Virus record (IMG/VR): IMGVR_UViG_3300042502_000594
Coordinates: 1,485 to 65,484 of that record
Direction: 5' to 3' (one strand)
DNA length: 64,000 nucleotides
Source: a virus
Taxonomy: Duplodnaviria; Caudoviricetes
A program made the position numbers and the translations under genes. The notes under the pieces were generated by a model. The model had not been told where the DNA came from. It saw only the letters and a list, made by a program, of their open reading frames with translations, and did not search any database. Shown in pieces: positions 46,498-56,471 of this stretch (the stretch's first letter is position 1; each line of letters starts with the position of its first letter).

Positions 46498-46981
46498 AAG
46501 CAATACTTGAATTTAATTTGCCGGAAGATCAGTCCGATTTCGACCTCGCAGTTAAAGCCCTCGACATGAGGATTGCATTAGACGGAATCCGACAATACCT
46601 CAGGGGCAAGGTCAAGTACGACACCCATGACGAGAAACAGTGGGAGGCGTATAACGAGGTATACGAACAATTCTACGAAATAATAAACAATTACAACATA
46701 AAGCTATGATCAAAATCTCAGACAAGCCATCTAAGAAGGTGGAACACTTTACCGGAACCATAACCATGTCGTTCCCAAACATAGAAAACAAAATTTGGAA
46801 CTTCACGGTGTTGCGTACAACGAACGGATCAACTACCTTTGCCGTACAAGCAGACTATGAACAATTCATACAACACATTAACGACGAGGTGGATGGCGAG
46901 TTATACACGACAATACTCGAAGAAACCGTCAAGGCAAACTTGGCTAAAGAACAGGCAGAGTGGAAACCTGCCGAAAAATAA
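46494..46981 (+). other. Two small hypothetical genes (46494-46709, 46706-46981)
   Basis: ATGA-coupled ORFs; the first begins MKAILEFNLPED. Confidence 0.6.
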
Positions 46982-46989
46982 GATAGCGT

Positions 46990-47529
46990 ATGAAGGCGAG
47001 GAATAAGAAGTGCAGAATCTGTAGGCAGGAGTTTATCCCTAAGTACAGCACGATGCAGGCAACGTGTGAGAACATCGAATGCATGATAGCCTATTCCTCC
47101 AAGCAGAAGGATAAGAAAACCAAGGCTGAGTTCAAGGCCATCAAGGAGCGGAACAAGTCCGTCTCCCAGTGGAGAAAAGAACTACAGCAGGTGTTCAACC
47201 AATACATCCGGCTTCGAGACCAAGGAAAGGGCTGTATATCCTGCGGGAAGCAGCTACAGGGCAAGTATGACGCGGGTCATTACTTTTCTGTAGGCTCCTA
47301 CCCAAACCTCAGGTTCAACGAGTCGAACGTGCATGGCCAGTGTGTGGGCTGCAACCAACACAAGCACGGCAACCTGTTGGAGTACGCCATAGGAATTGAG
47401 AAGCGCATTGGCAAGAGCAAGCTAGAGGAACTGAAGTCCATGCGTAACGACCGACTCAGCCTACCACTAGATAAGATGAAGGAGTTGATATACCACTACA
47501 AGGACAAAGTAAAAGAACTAAAAAAATGA
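46990..47529 (+). CDS. ninG: NinG/Rap-like HNH recombination endonuclease
   Basis: KKCRIC...C...C, VFNQYIRLRD, CISCG, DAGHY, LRFNESNVHGQCVGCNQHKHGN. Confidence 0.9.
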   Translation: MKARNKKCRICRQEFIPKYSTMQATCENIECMIAYSSKQKDKKTKAEFKAIKERNKSVSQWRKELQQVFNQYIRLRDQGKGCISCGKQLQGKYDAGHYFSVGSYPNLRFNESNVHGQCVGCNQHKHGNLLEYAIGIEKRIGKSKLEELKSMRNDRLSLPLDKMKELIYHYKDKVKELKK

Positions 47530-47568
47530 TTGATCCACCCACCTGGGAAGACCTAGGATACGCTAACT

Positions 47569-48307
47569 TTGAATAACATGGACAAGACCAAAAACATTTA
47601 TACTCTCATCGTCCTCGCGCTAAGCGTGGTCATCCTCTGCGGGGTGTTCTTTCTAGTCTTCCACATGGGAGGATTGAAGGAAAGCTCCGAGAACGAGGCT
47701 GTGGCCATAGACAGGCTGCATGAGATAACCGAAAAGTACGAGGCCAAGATGGACCAGAACATCATCATCGTACAGGAAACCAAGGCCGCCATCGACTCCC
47801 TGCTAGTTCAAGACGAGAAGCAGTTCGTCATAGAGCAGGAGCAGATAGCCAAGTCTAAGATATTGATTTCACGAATACCCAAAATGCCAAATGACACACT
47901 ACAAAAACTTTACACGCTCTCTTGGAATTATCTTCTTAATGAGTATCGCTCAGGCCGTCTACAGCCAGCCGAGTGAGATCCCACAGCTCCCAAGAGAGGC
48001 ACAGGAAATCGTATCAGCAGCCGCTGAGACCATCCGGCAGAACAAGATGACCATCGAGTCACGTTCGATGCGTATACAACAGATGAAGGACCAGCTAGAG
48101 GCTGCCCAGATAGCCCTTGACTTGGCCATAGAAAATAACGACCTTTGCAACGAGGTTCGTCAGAACCAACTGGCGGAGATCAGGTTTCTAAAGAGTCAAT
48201 ACCTTGACATGAAGCAGGAGATGAAGAAGGAGAGAAGGAGAAAGATATTTTGGAAGTGTGCAACCATTGTTACTTCCGCCACGACATTATACTTTTTTGT
48301 CTTTTAG
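47569..48307 (+). other. Two overlapping membrane/coiled-coil genes (47569-47976, 47891-48307), possibly spanin-like
   Basis: First has an N-terminal TM plus coiled coil; second has a signal-like N-terminus, coiled coil and C-terminal hydrophobic tail; adjacent to the endolysin. Confidence 0.4.
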
Positions 48308-48341
48308 TGTTATAGTTGTTATAGTTGTTTATTGTTGAAAG

Positions 48342-48372
48342 AGGGCCATCCAACGGGGTGGCCTTTTTTTTA
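48342..48372 (+). terminator. Intrinsic terminator between convergent operons
   Basis: GGCCATCC-AACG-GGGTGGCC followed by a long T run. Confidence 0.8.
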
Positions 48373-48954
48373 TCTAAAGCTGGTAGCCTTTTTCCAACGT
48401 GTGATGTGGGTGTTCTTAGACAGCGGACGGATCTTGACGTAGACACCATCCCGTGACCGGCTGTCACGCATTCCCTGTTCGTTAGTATTACCCTCGATAA
48501 CCCTTACCGAATACTCCCCAACGCGGTCTACGATTCCGGTGTGTCCGATCCCTTTGTATCTTGACTTCTTGAAGCTTGAGTATGTGTATGTGGCAACAAG
48601 GACATCGCCATCACGAAAGCTCTGATAAAATCTTCCATTCGTAAAGATTACATCTTTTTGGTTATAAGCAGACGGAGACCACCCAGTTATGGTGTTTGGG
48701 ATGTTGCAGTCGTCAAGGATAGCCCGGACGAAGAATGCACACCACGCGTAGCCGGGCTTCCACCCGACCGCCGCCATCATCTTCTGGAGGTCTCTGTCAT
48801 TGAAACCCTGATTGTTACCTCCTTTCTCCTTTACGCCTACAAAGGAAGCGGCTGTGGCACGGACGCAGTAACCGTCATTATCAGCCACAAGATTAGAAGG
48901 AAGGATAAGAGTAATCCAAAGTAAACAACAAGGTATAAAACGATTCTTTGCCAT
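48370..48954 (-). CDS. CHAP-domain endolysin with hydrophobic N-terminus
   Basis: VGVKEKGGNN, AWCAFFV, GHTGIV and VIEGNT motifs. Confidence 0.9.
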   Translation of the reverse strand: MAKNRFIPCCLLWITLILPSNLVADNDGYCVRATAASFVGVKEKGGNNQGFNDRDLQKMMAAVGWKPGYAWCAFFVRAILDDCNIPNTITGWSPSAYNQKDVIFTNGRFYQSFRDGDVLVATYTYSSFKKSRYKGIGHTGIVDRVGEYSVRVIEGNTNEQGMRDSRSRDGVYVKIRPLSKNTHITRWKKATSFR

Positions 48955-49229
48955 GGTGTAGATGCGTATTCTAGTTCCTCCTTGGCGTGTTTCGAATAGA
49001 AGTAGTTCTGTAAACCACGGAAGTTGAAGAACCCACCAAGGAATGCTACAAAGTTAGCAAAAACCATGACAAGTGCGGCAAGTAAAACCTGCTGAATGTA
49101 CTCCGTGGAGATCAGTCCGTCACCGAAATACTCGGCGCTGTAGGATCCTGCGAGTAGGAATAGGAAGAACGCGAGCGGGATAGTCCATACCCCGTCGAAG
49201 AGTTGTAGTTTGCGTAGTATCTTTTTCAT
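48837..49229 (-). CDS. Putative holin (three TM segments)
   Basis: Three hydrophobic helices; directly upstream of and overlapping the endolysin. Confidence 0.5.
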   Translation of the reverse strand: MKKILRKLQLFDGVWTIPLAFFLFLLAGSYSAEYFGDGLISTEYIQQVLLAALVMVFANFVAFLGGFFNFRGLQNYFYSKHAKEELEYASTPWQRIVLYLVVYFGLLLSFLLILWLIMTVTASVPQPLPL

Positions 49230-50326
49230 AAAAGGTATTTGTTCATTGTATCTAAATCGATTGATGATCCGCTAGTTTCGTTCTTGCCCTGGGCAGGGAG
49301 AAACTCAAAGTCAAAGGCTAGTCTGCTTCCCTCAGGGTAAGTCAGCATTTTAGTTGCCTGGTCGTACTTAACCTCGTCACCCTTGACAAGTCTTATGGTT
49401 GTATCTTGACTAGAGTACAGGGTTATATCCCACGCAGTCCCGAACACGTTGGTTCCTGTCTTTGTGAACTTGTCATTATACAGCTTCCATCTACACACAA
49501 AGTCTGGGAGTAGTTTACCATACGAACTGATAAGGCTGGTATACGGAATGTCCTTAGCCAAGATACCGTTGATATAAACCTCGCCCTTTAACGTGGTGTC
49601 GTCAACCATAACAATGTCCGAGGCAATGTTCAAACAATGTGTGTCGTGGCTCTTAAACTCAACGTGCCATGTGGTCCCGAACGCGTCTGCCAGTTGGAAG
49701 TCATTCAGCCCCGTCTTTGCCTTCAATTCAGCAATGGTATACTTAGGGTAAGACTTTGTAAAACGTGTCGGATTTGGGGTCGATGTGGTCTTGATAAAGG
49801 TCTTTCGAAGAATCGATCTCCACATCACATTCTCATCGTGTGGGTAATGAACCCCGAAATAGTTGTTGAACCCCTGCTCGTAGTAGAAGTTATAGTCATA
49901 CCCGTTAGCTGTAGGGACGATACGAACCTCGTTCCACCCGGTCCAGCTCTTCTGTCCTGTTCCCTCTGGGAGGTTGACAAGGTTTCCGCTTGAGTCAAGC
50001 ACCGTGTCGATAGTGAACTCCTCGTATGGACGATAGAATACAAACGTCCCGTTCTCCATGCTCACAAGGTCCATATTGCTTGAATGCAGGTGTATCGCGG
50101 CAAGGTTCAGGGGATATGCCCCGAACAAGGAGACCGTTGAATCTATGACATAGTTATAGGTAATAGTCGGGCCGAACTTTCCGTTAGCCCCCTTGACCAT
50201 CTTAGTGTAATCCATCAAACAGATTTCCACAAGGGACTTAGTTGTCCTCTTGTTGATCTGCCCGTTGATTGCCCCCATCTCCGATGGCAAGTTCAATAAC
50301 CTTAGTGACTTATCTAAGTTCTGCAT
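49226..50326 (-). CDS. Hypothetical protein (366 aa)
   Basis: Start moved to ATG 50326, downstream of TATATTTG (50350-50343); beta-rich. Confidence 0.6.
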   Translation of the reverse strand: MQNLDKSLRLLNLPSEMGAINGQINKRTTKSLVEICLMDYTKMVKGANGKFGPTITYNYVIDSTVSLFGAYPLNLAAIHLHSSNMDLVSMENGTFVFYRPYEEFTIDTVLDSSGNLVNLPEGTGQKSWTGWNEVRIVPTANGYDYNFYYEQGFNNYFGVHYPHDENVMWRSILRKTFIKTTSTPNPTRFTKSYPKYTIAELKAKTGLNDFQLADAFGTTWHVEFKSHDTHCLNIASDIVMVDDTTLKGEVYINGILAKDIPYTSLISSYGKLLPDFVCRWKLYNDKFTKTGTNVFGTAWDITLYSSQDTTIRLVKGDEVKYDQATKMLTYPEGSRLAFDFEFLPAQGKNETSGSSIDLDTMNKYLL

Positions 50327-50352
50327 AGGTGTATTATTTGTACAAATATAAT

Positions 50353-50982
50353 CTAAGAAAATGATATTGAACTTACTGTAGGTGGTTGTGTAACCATTAC
50401 ATACCAATTAGATGAAGTAGTTACAGTTCCTTTATATGTCCATAAGGTACAGTCAGCGGAGCTATCTATATCTGTAACTCTCAGATAATCAACATATTGG
50501 CTAGTCAGTCCGTTGTTAAGTAGATTAAAAATTCTTGGTGTTCCGGGAGAAGAAGACACTAAATTTATAAAACCAGCAGGAGTTCCTAATGCAGCAAAAG
50601 AAGAACTGAGCGTAAGTGTTCCTGCCAATTGTATAGTTGTATTTATAGTAGAAAATCTTAGACCGCACCCTATTGTGGATCCTCCAGGGTCTAATATAGA
50701 ATTGGCACTAATAACAATAGAGGATGTACCTGATATACTGTTTGTACTTGATAAGGTTACATTCCCAGCTACAGTTAGCAAAGCATTTACTATTAAGTTG
50801 CCTGTATAACCTGTTGTTGTTAGTGATAATAATGCAGTTGTAGCAGCACCTACTGTGCACTGGCCGTTGTTAGTTCCTGTAAATACTACATCATCCCCAG
50901 CTGCAGGTACACCTGCTGGAGACCAACTTGCTGCTGTTGCCCAAGTGGATGCTGTATTTGATATCCAGGTTTTAGTAGGCAT
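50353..50982 (-). CDS. Fibre/spike-associated protein, short paralog of the upstream gene
   Basis: W...SW.PAGVPAAGDDVVF N-terminus and DIDSS...TLWTYKG...NW C-terminus. Confidence 0.6.
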   Translation of the reverse strand: MPTKTWISNTASTWATAASWSPAGVPAAGDDVVFTGTNNGQCTVGAATTALLSLTTTGYTGNLIVNALLTVAGNVTLSSTNSISGTSSIVISANSILDPGGSTIGCGLRFSTINTTIQLAGTLTLSSSFAALGTPAGFINLVSSSPGTPRIFNLLNNGLTSQYVDYLRVTDIDSSADCTLWTYKGTVTTSSNWYVMVTQPPTVSSISFS

Positions 50983-52793
50983 TAGTTAGATATAAATGTT
51001 GAGTGTCTTGTTCTAGGATAATCCCAGTTTTTCCAGTTTTTTGTGTTTGGAGATATAAATCCTCCTCTTGTCCAAATTGTCTGCCCATTGGAACTATCAA
51101 CATCGAGACCACCAGTCCCTGCACTAATGTAAAATAAATCTTGGGATGCACCTGGAAGAAGAGTAAATATAGTGCTTGCAGTAGCGGGATCTGAGCCTAT
51201 TGATAATCCATTAGCGGGAACAGCTATCCAAGATAGCATTATTAAACTTGTCCTTATCTTATACTCTACTGATGGAAGCAATCTAAGAGCAGATCCAGTG
51301 GAGCTTGGTGCAAGAGAACATGATAAGCTATCACAATCCCATCCTATAGTTCCTCTGTGTGTAAATGTAAGGTTTGATATAGCATTAGTTAGAGTAAAGG
51401 TCAATATCCTAACCGGAACCGTATCATAGAAAAACAAAAGTGTTCCAGATGTAGAGCCAGCACCATTTGTGTTGTGTTCAAGAGAGGGTATGGTAGCTCC
51501 CGAAGAACCAAGGCCGTAAAATGCAGCAGACTGTCCTGCTAATATGCCTGCCCCTAAACTAAAGTTTAACAGTCCAGAAGTATACGTCAATGATCCAGAA
51601 TCTCTAAATCCGATAATAGTTGAAATCGTTACCGACCCCGTTGTGTTTATTTGAACCTGCCAGCTTATACCCCATGACACAAAAGATGTGGTGGCATTAC
51701 TTTCTGAATATGTTACGGAAGTTCCCTGTAGTACAAGAACCGTGGTGCTTGATGCCCTCATGCCAGCAGCATGAGAAAAGTTTCCGTTTAAATATATCGT
51801 GCCTCCTGAGGTAAGCATTGGACCTTTAGTGACTTGGGTAGGTGTGGTGCTTAAGTTTCCAACAACGCAGATGTTACCTACTATATTCATGGTCTGAGGG
51901 CCAGATAGAGCGGCTGTCCTTATCTCTAGGTTATTAAAGTTTACACCCGTTGAGTTAGTTGTTGTGGCTGATGTAGAACTACTTCCGTTTAAGTTTACAG
52001 TATACGTTGCTGAGGTTTGAACATTTTGGTATAGTATAAAGGTCCCATCACACACAACCGTTCCTGCAACATATAAAAACGTAGACCCTACCGCTGTACC
52101 TAGTCCACCATATCCAGAATTACCGGCAAGGGTAACGGTTTGACCTGGAGCATCTATTGTTAGGTTTAACCCGAAGCCTCCACTATTAACGACACCAAAC
52201 CAAGAGTAAGTACCAGTACCAGTCATCCTTATGGTTGAGATAGAGCCAGCTGTAGCAACTATTCTACCAGCTGCCCCAGATAGTTGTATAGTAACATTTG
52301 CACCAGCATTTATTGTAAACGCTCCAGAGAAGGTAACAACATTAGCTGCGCCTGGTCCAATAAATATATTCCCATTTATTGTCCAGTTATCAAGTAAGGT
52401 AACGCTAGGGTTCGCAAATGCTGCAATAGTAGCTATACCAAAAGCATTTGACCATACTCTTCCATTACTTCTAAGACTAGTATTACCATTTGCTCTTGTA
52501 AGTATAGCACCAGTTCCTGCTATTCCCATAGTGGGAGAAAGAGTAACTGTATGACCTGGATTTGCAGAACTTGTAGACCCAACTATTATATTATTAGTCA
52601 TGGTTATAGTGTTAGTATAACCAGTAAAGTTCAAGTTTCTACAAACAGCCGTTGTAATGTTTACCGTACAGTTAGGAGAGGACGCATTAAATATGGCATC
52701 AGTACCTGCTAGTGTAGCAGAGGGTAGTACCCCGGTATCCCAATTCCCCGCAGTACCCCAGTTACTATCTATGGCCCCTGTGAAAATTGGCAT
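50982..52793 (-). CDS. Beta-helix-like fibre/spike protein (603 aa)
   Basis: T/G/N/S-rich; NWGTAGNWDTGVLP...DAIFN N-terminus. Confidence 0.6.
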   Translation of the reverse strand: MPIFTGAIDSNWGTAGNWDTGVLPSATLAGTDAIFNASSPNCTVNITTAVCRNLNFTGYTNTITMTNNIIVGSTSSANPGHTVTLSPTMGIAGTGAILTRANGNTSLRSNGRVWSNAFGIATIAAFANPSVTLLDNWTINGNIFIGPGAANVVTFSGAFTINAGANVTIQLSGAAGRIVATAGSISTIRMTGTGTYSWFGVVNSGGFGLNLTIDAPGQTVTLAGNSGYGGLGTAVGSTFLYVAGTVVCDGTFILYQNVQTSATYTVNLNGSSSTSATTTNSTGVNFNNLEIRTAALSGPQTMNIVGNICVVGNLSTTPTQVTKGPMLTSGGTIYLNGNFSHAAGMRASSTTVLVLQGTSVTYSESNATTSFVSWGISWQVQINTTGSVTISTIIGFRDSGSLTYTSGLLNFSLGAGILAGQSAAFYGLGSSGATIPSLEHNTNGAGSTSGTLLFFYDTVPVRILTFTLTNAISNLTFTHRGTIGWDCDSLSCSLAPSSTGSALRLLPSVEYKIRTSLIMLSWIAVPANGLSIGSDPATASTIFTLLPGASQDLFYISAGTGGLDVDSSNGQTIWTRGGFISPNTKNWKNWDYPRTRHSTFISN

Positions 52794-52794
52794 A

Positions 52795-53031
52795 CTACAA
52801 CTGATTTAGAACCTGCTCAGTAACCTGACGAGCAATTATTTTATCTTTCTCTGTGATTACTCTATTCTCTATATTACCCTCTACCTCTTCTACGCTTTGT
52901 GGTAGGAAGTGGTAGATTGCAACATCAACTAAGTCTGTGATGTCACCTGAAAATTGAATAGACACTTCTGTTACAAGAGCGTCTCCTTCTAGATACTTAT
53001 TGTTAATTGTGTAAGTGTGAGTTATTGCCAT
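52795..53031 (-). CDS. Small hypothetical protein in the fibre cluster
   Basis: MAITHTY...; likely start ATG 53031. Confidence 0.55.
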   Translation of the reverse strand: MAITHTYTINNKYLEGDALVTEVSIQFSGDITDLVDVAIYHFLPQSVEEVEGNIENRVITEKDKIIARQVTEQVLNQL

Positions 53032-53036
53032 TGCTA

Positions 53037-53735
53037 TTAGATTTTGGTTACAAATATCTGAAGGATAACCCAAGATACAGTAGTAGCTGAGTTTACGTTA
53101 AAACCTATAATATCATTAGCTGCTATAGATGTTGTCCATCCAGTCAAAGTACTAGATGCGGCTGTTTGTTGAGATGATAAAGTAGGTTTAGCTGAACCTG
53201 TAATTACGTTAGCAACTGTTGGGATTGTTGGTGCAGCTGTTTTCCATATATCTACAACTATAGATCCTGCTGTATTAGCTATCAATCTCCAACTTGTTAT
53301 AGTGCAAGCATAGGGAACTTGAACATATCCCTTTTGACCAACTGTAATTGTTCCTCCTGATCCATCTATAGTAGTACCTATTGTTGCTGAACTACCTCCC
53401 GCAGCAATAGTAAATGACACATCAGCAGATAGATTTTGAGTATTACCATTAATAGTAATAGTTCTTGTTGGTGGGACTTTGTCATTAAACGCGGTACGAT
53501 CCGCTGCACTCAAGTACCCGTCTACAGAGTTTGTTGCAAGTGGAATACTCAAGTTAGGGGTTGTCCCGCTAGAGGATACAAGTGGAGCTGTTGCCGTAAC
53601 GTCCGTAACCGGAGTACCCACCTGAGATGCTACATACGCCTTTACCGCAGACTGCGACGGAACCACGATGTCACTATCTAGCGACAGGGTTGGGTCGGTA
53701 TCAATCGGGGTTCCTTTTGTAAATCCTTGTGACAT
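53037..53735 (-). CDS. Fibre-associated structural protein
   Basis: VPSQSAVKAYV, DGYLSAAD...FNDK, TRTITING, GSIVVDIWK motifs common in phage fibre proteins. Confidence 0.65.
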   Translation of the reverse strand: MSQGFTKGTPIDTDPTLSLDSDIVVPSQSAVKAYVASQVGTPVTDVTATAPLVSSSGTTPNLSIPLATNSVDGYLSAADRTAFNDKVPPTRTITINGNTQNLSADVSFTIAAGGSSATIGTTIDGSGGTITVGQKGYVQVPYACTITSWRLIANTAGSIVVDIWKTAAPTIPTVANVITGSAKPTLSSQQTAASSTLTGWTTSIAANDIIGFNVNSATTVSWVILQIFVTKI

Positions 53736-53736
53736 A

Positions 53737-54984
53737 TTATCTGCTTATTTCTTCCCAGTCCATTGAACCAAATACACTTTCATTATTTGTACCTGCTGCT
53801 AAAACTAATGTGAACTCAAAAGGAGTGCCTGTTAATCCATCTCTTTCTAATTGGGTACTTAATAAAGCTGCTCTTAATATATCTACAGACACACTTGTGC
53901 TTGCTGTAGCTGTAAAATATCCTGATGCAATAACTCTAGCTCCCGTAAAAGAAAAAGAGGTTCCTGTTGTGTTATATTCTACGCAAGAATTTACTCCTGC
54001 GCTCGTCCATGAGCCTGCTGTGGTGGTGCCTCCTGATACAACTTGCCAATTAAAATTAGCTGCTGTATTACCTATTGCAGAAAGAGCTGTTGCTACAGCT
54101 ATACCATCTAGCCTTGTTGATTTAAGTCTTATAGAAACAATAGGATAATACGTACCTGCTGTTGTTAATGTTCTAGGTATAGTGATTGGTGTACCTACAG
54201 CTTGTTGTGAACCACGAAGTTCATATCCTCCTTCAGACAGTACGGTAGAGCATATCTGTTTTAAGGCACTAGCACCACTTGTAGCGCCTGTATTAGTTAC
54301 CTCATACCTTAATGGCAAGGATGCCGTTGTGATGTAGGTAGATGTAATCAAGTTGGCGTGATGGAACTTATGGCAAACGTAGAAGTTCCCATTTATAACA
54401 AAGCCTATCCTAACTGTTCCTACCCCTAACCATTCTAGATCCATGAACAAGATCTGGGCCTTTGTTAGGTCAAGTATGATCCCACTAGGTCCCGAACCAT
54501 CCATCGGGTCAACATTCCAACTTGCTTGGGCCACCGGAGTGTTTACAACTGACCCCGTAACAAAACTTCTCTCTACAAAACTTACCGTGGTATTGTTCTG
54601 TTCTAGGTAGAACCCGTTTTGTGCACCATAGTAACCAACTCTTTGTCTGAGGTTGGTCTTAGCTGCACTCATCACAAACGTGGAAAGCACAAGTAAGCTC
54701 TTGCCGGGCTGATACGAGAACACCTTGGTGGTTTCCCTCACAACCTCAGAACCTGACGCTGCTGTTACAGCAAGATCAACTAACCCTTGAGCAGCATTAA
54801 ATGTAGCTGTACCTCCTGTTGCGGTAGCTGTAGACCACAGACCATTATCAGCAAATCTATGGCTTGAGTCAAACAAGGTGAATGGCTCGCTTACCCTTAG
54901 TCTTCCAAAGGCATCTAGATTAGGAGTATTTGCAAACGAAATCTCGCTACTAATTATGTTGTATGATGAGTATCCTTGTGCCAT
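53737..54984 (-). CDS. Conserved phage structural protein (DAFGRLRVS family)
   Basis: DAFGRLRVSEPFTLFDS, YQPGKS, DLEWLGVGTVR, TASLPLRYE. Confidence 0.7.
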   Translation of the reverse strand: MAQGYSSYNIISSEISFANTPNLDAFGRLRVSEPFTLFDSSHRFADNGLWSTATATGGTATFNAAQGLVDLAVTAASGSEVVRETTKVFSYQPGKSLLVLSTFVMSAAKTNLRQRVGYYGAQNGFYLEQNNTTVSFVERSFVTGSVVNTPVAQASWNVDPMDGSGPSGIILDLTKAQILFMDLEWLGVGTVRIGFVINGNFYVCHKFHHANLITSTYITTASLPLRYEVTNTGATSGASALKQICSTVLSEGGYELRGSQQAVGTPITIPRTLTTAGTYYPIVSIRLKSTRLDGIAVATALSAIGNTAANFNWQVVSGGTTTAGSWTSAGVNSCVEYNTTGTSFSFTGARVIASGYFTATASTSVSVDILRAALLSTQLERDGLTGTPFEFTLVLAAGTNNESVFGSMDWEEISR

Positions 54985-54985
54985 G

Positions 54986-55315
54986 TTAGCTTATTTCAGA
55001 TCCGTAAAGTGAGAACGATAAGTTAGTATTCGAGGAATAAACCTTCACCCTGTCCGTTGTGGCCAAAGTTACACCTATTGTGGCAATAAAAGTATCATTT
55101 GCCCCGATAGGAAGGTCATAGTAAATGTAATCTTCAGGCTTGGTAACCCCTCCCCCTACAGCGATTGAGATTCTGAACGTGGAAAGGACAGAGGACCTGT
55201 TACACACGATGACAGAACTAGCCACCGCTGAGGTAGCCGCCGGAACCGTGTAGAGTGTTGTCTCTGTTGTTGCTGATGGACTAGACTGTCCGAGTACTTT
55301 ATATGCTGTTGCCAT
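54986..55315 (-). CDS. Small virion structural protein
   Basis: MATAYKVLGQSSPSATTETTLYTVP...LSFSLYGSEIS. Confidence 0.7.
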   Translation of the reverse strand: MATAYKVLGQSSPSATTETTLYTVPAATSAVASSVIVCNRSSVLSTFRISIAVGGGVTKPEDYIYYDLPIGANDTFIATIGVTLATTDRVKVYSSNTNLSFSLYGSEIS

Positions 55316-55316
55316 T

Positions 55317-56471
55317 TTATGCTCCCATTAATAATAAAGGTGAAAGAGTGTCTGATGATCCCCCGGTCCCGTTAGAAGCCGACGTGATGCGACCCTGCTG
55401 GTCAACGGTTATGTTCGCGTTTGTATAAGCCCCAGGAGTAACAGCCGTGTCGGCAAGGTCAATGGTTCCACTTGTTGTTATCGTCCCACCATCAAGTCCT
55501 GTCCCTGCTGTTATCGAGGTGACCGTTCCTGTGCTTGTGGAAATGTATTCAACGTGACCTGAGGCATCCAAAGCTAGAACCATTCCAGTTGTAGCAGTTG
55601 CGTGGTTAGGGGTTATGATGTCAACGTAGGTAGGCGTGACCTCTACAGACTGAGTGCCTGATACTATCCTAGAACCGGTGGCGTCTGTTTCCAATGAACC
55701 CGTAGCCGAGTTAGCCACGAAGCTCGTGTTATTATCAAACGTGAGGTCAAATCCTCCTCCGTCAATCGTATTGTTTTGAGTAAGGGTTGACCCTGAAATA
55801 AGAGTTTCTTGAAGGGTGTCTATTAGGTTTCCTCCAACAGAGGTAACATCCACGCAGAGTTGGGTCCCGTCAGGGAACCCCGCAGGGCCTGCAAGTAATG
55901 TAGAGTCAAACCGCGCGAATGTTCCGAAATCGCTATAGTTAGACAGCTGATAAACACCGTAAACGGTAGGATCTGTTTTACTAAATATGAATATCCACGA
56001 GCCGTCTTGGACAATGGGCCAGAAACCCGTAAAGTCTTGGTTGTTGGCGGTAAAATAGTTTATTCGTATTACCGAGCCACCGTCATACAATGTCCCAGGG
56101 ACATCCGGATCGCTCCCAGCTGTGTACTGAATCGAACACTCCGGCTCTGTGTTACCGCACTCGCAGCATCCCTTGAACACAGATGTTACAAGCAGTCTGT
56201 AAATCTCAATGGTCCTGTCCTGTACCTCCTTGGCTGTGTTGTTAGAGTTGAGAGACGTAAAAACATTGCCCCCAACCTCAGTCACGGTATACACAGTGAA
56301 CTGAACCGACTTGATTCCATCTTGCGTTATGGTAATCGTGTCGTAGCCGTATGAAATATACGTGGGTACCTGGGGCATGACTTGACTCATGCTTATTTGA
56401 TAGTCGGTCCCGTTTAAGAAAGATACGACATCGTTTCCCTCAATCTGTATCTTTGTAACTGTTAAATTCAT
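55317..56471 (-). CDS. Tail fibre protein
   Basis: GTVTSITAGTGLDGGTITTSGTI and VTPGAYTNANITVDQQGRITSASNG fibre motifs. Confidence 0.7.
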   Translation of the reverse strand: MNLTVTKIQIEGNDVVSFLNGTDYQISMSQVMPQVPTYISYGYDTITITQDGIKSVQFTVYTVTEVGGNVFTSLNSNNTAKEVQDRTIEIYRLLVTSVFKGCCECGNTEPECSIQYTAGSDPDVPGTLYDGGSVIRINYFTANNQDFTGFWPIVQDGSWIFIFSKTDPTVYGVYQLSNYSDFGTFARFDSTLLAGPAGFPDGTQLCVDVTSVGGNLIDTLQETLISGSTLTQNNTIDGGGFDLTFDNNTSFVANSATGSLETDATGSRIVSGTQSVEVTPTYVDIITPNHATATTGMVLALDASGHVEYISTSTGTVTSITAGTGLDGGTITTSGTIDLADTAVTPGAYTNANITVDQQGRITSASNGTGGSSDTLSPLLLMGA

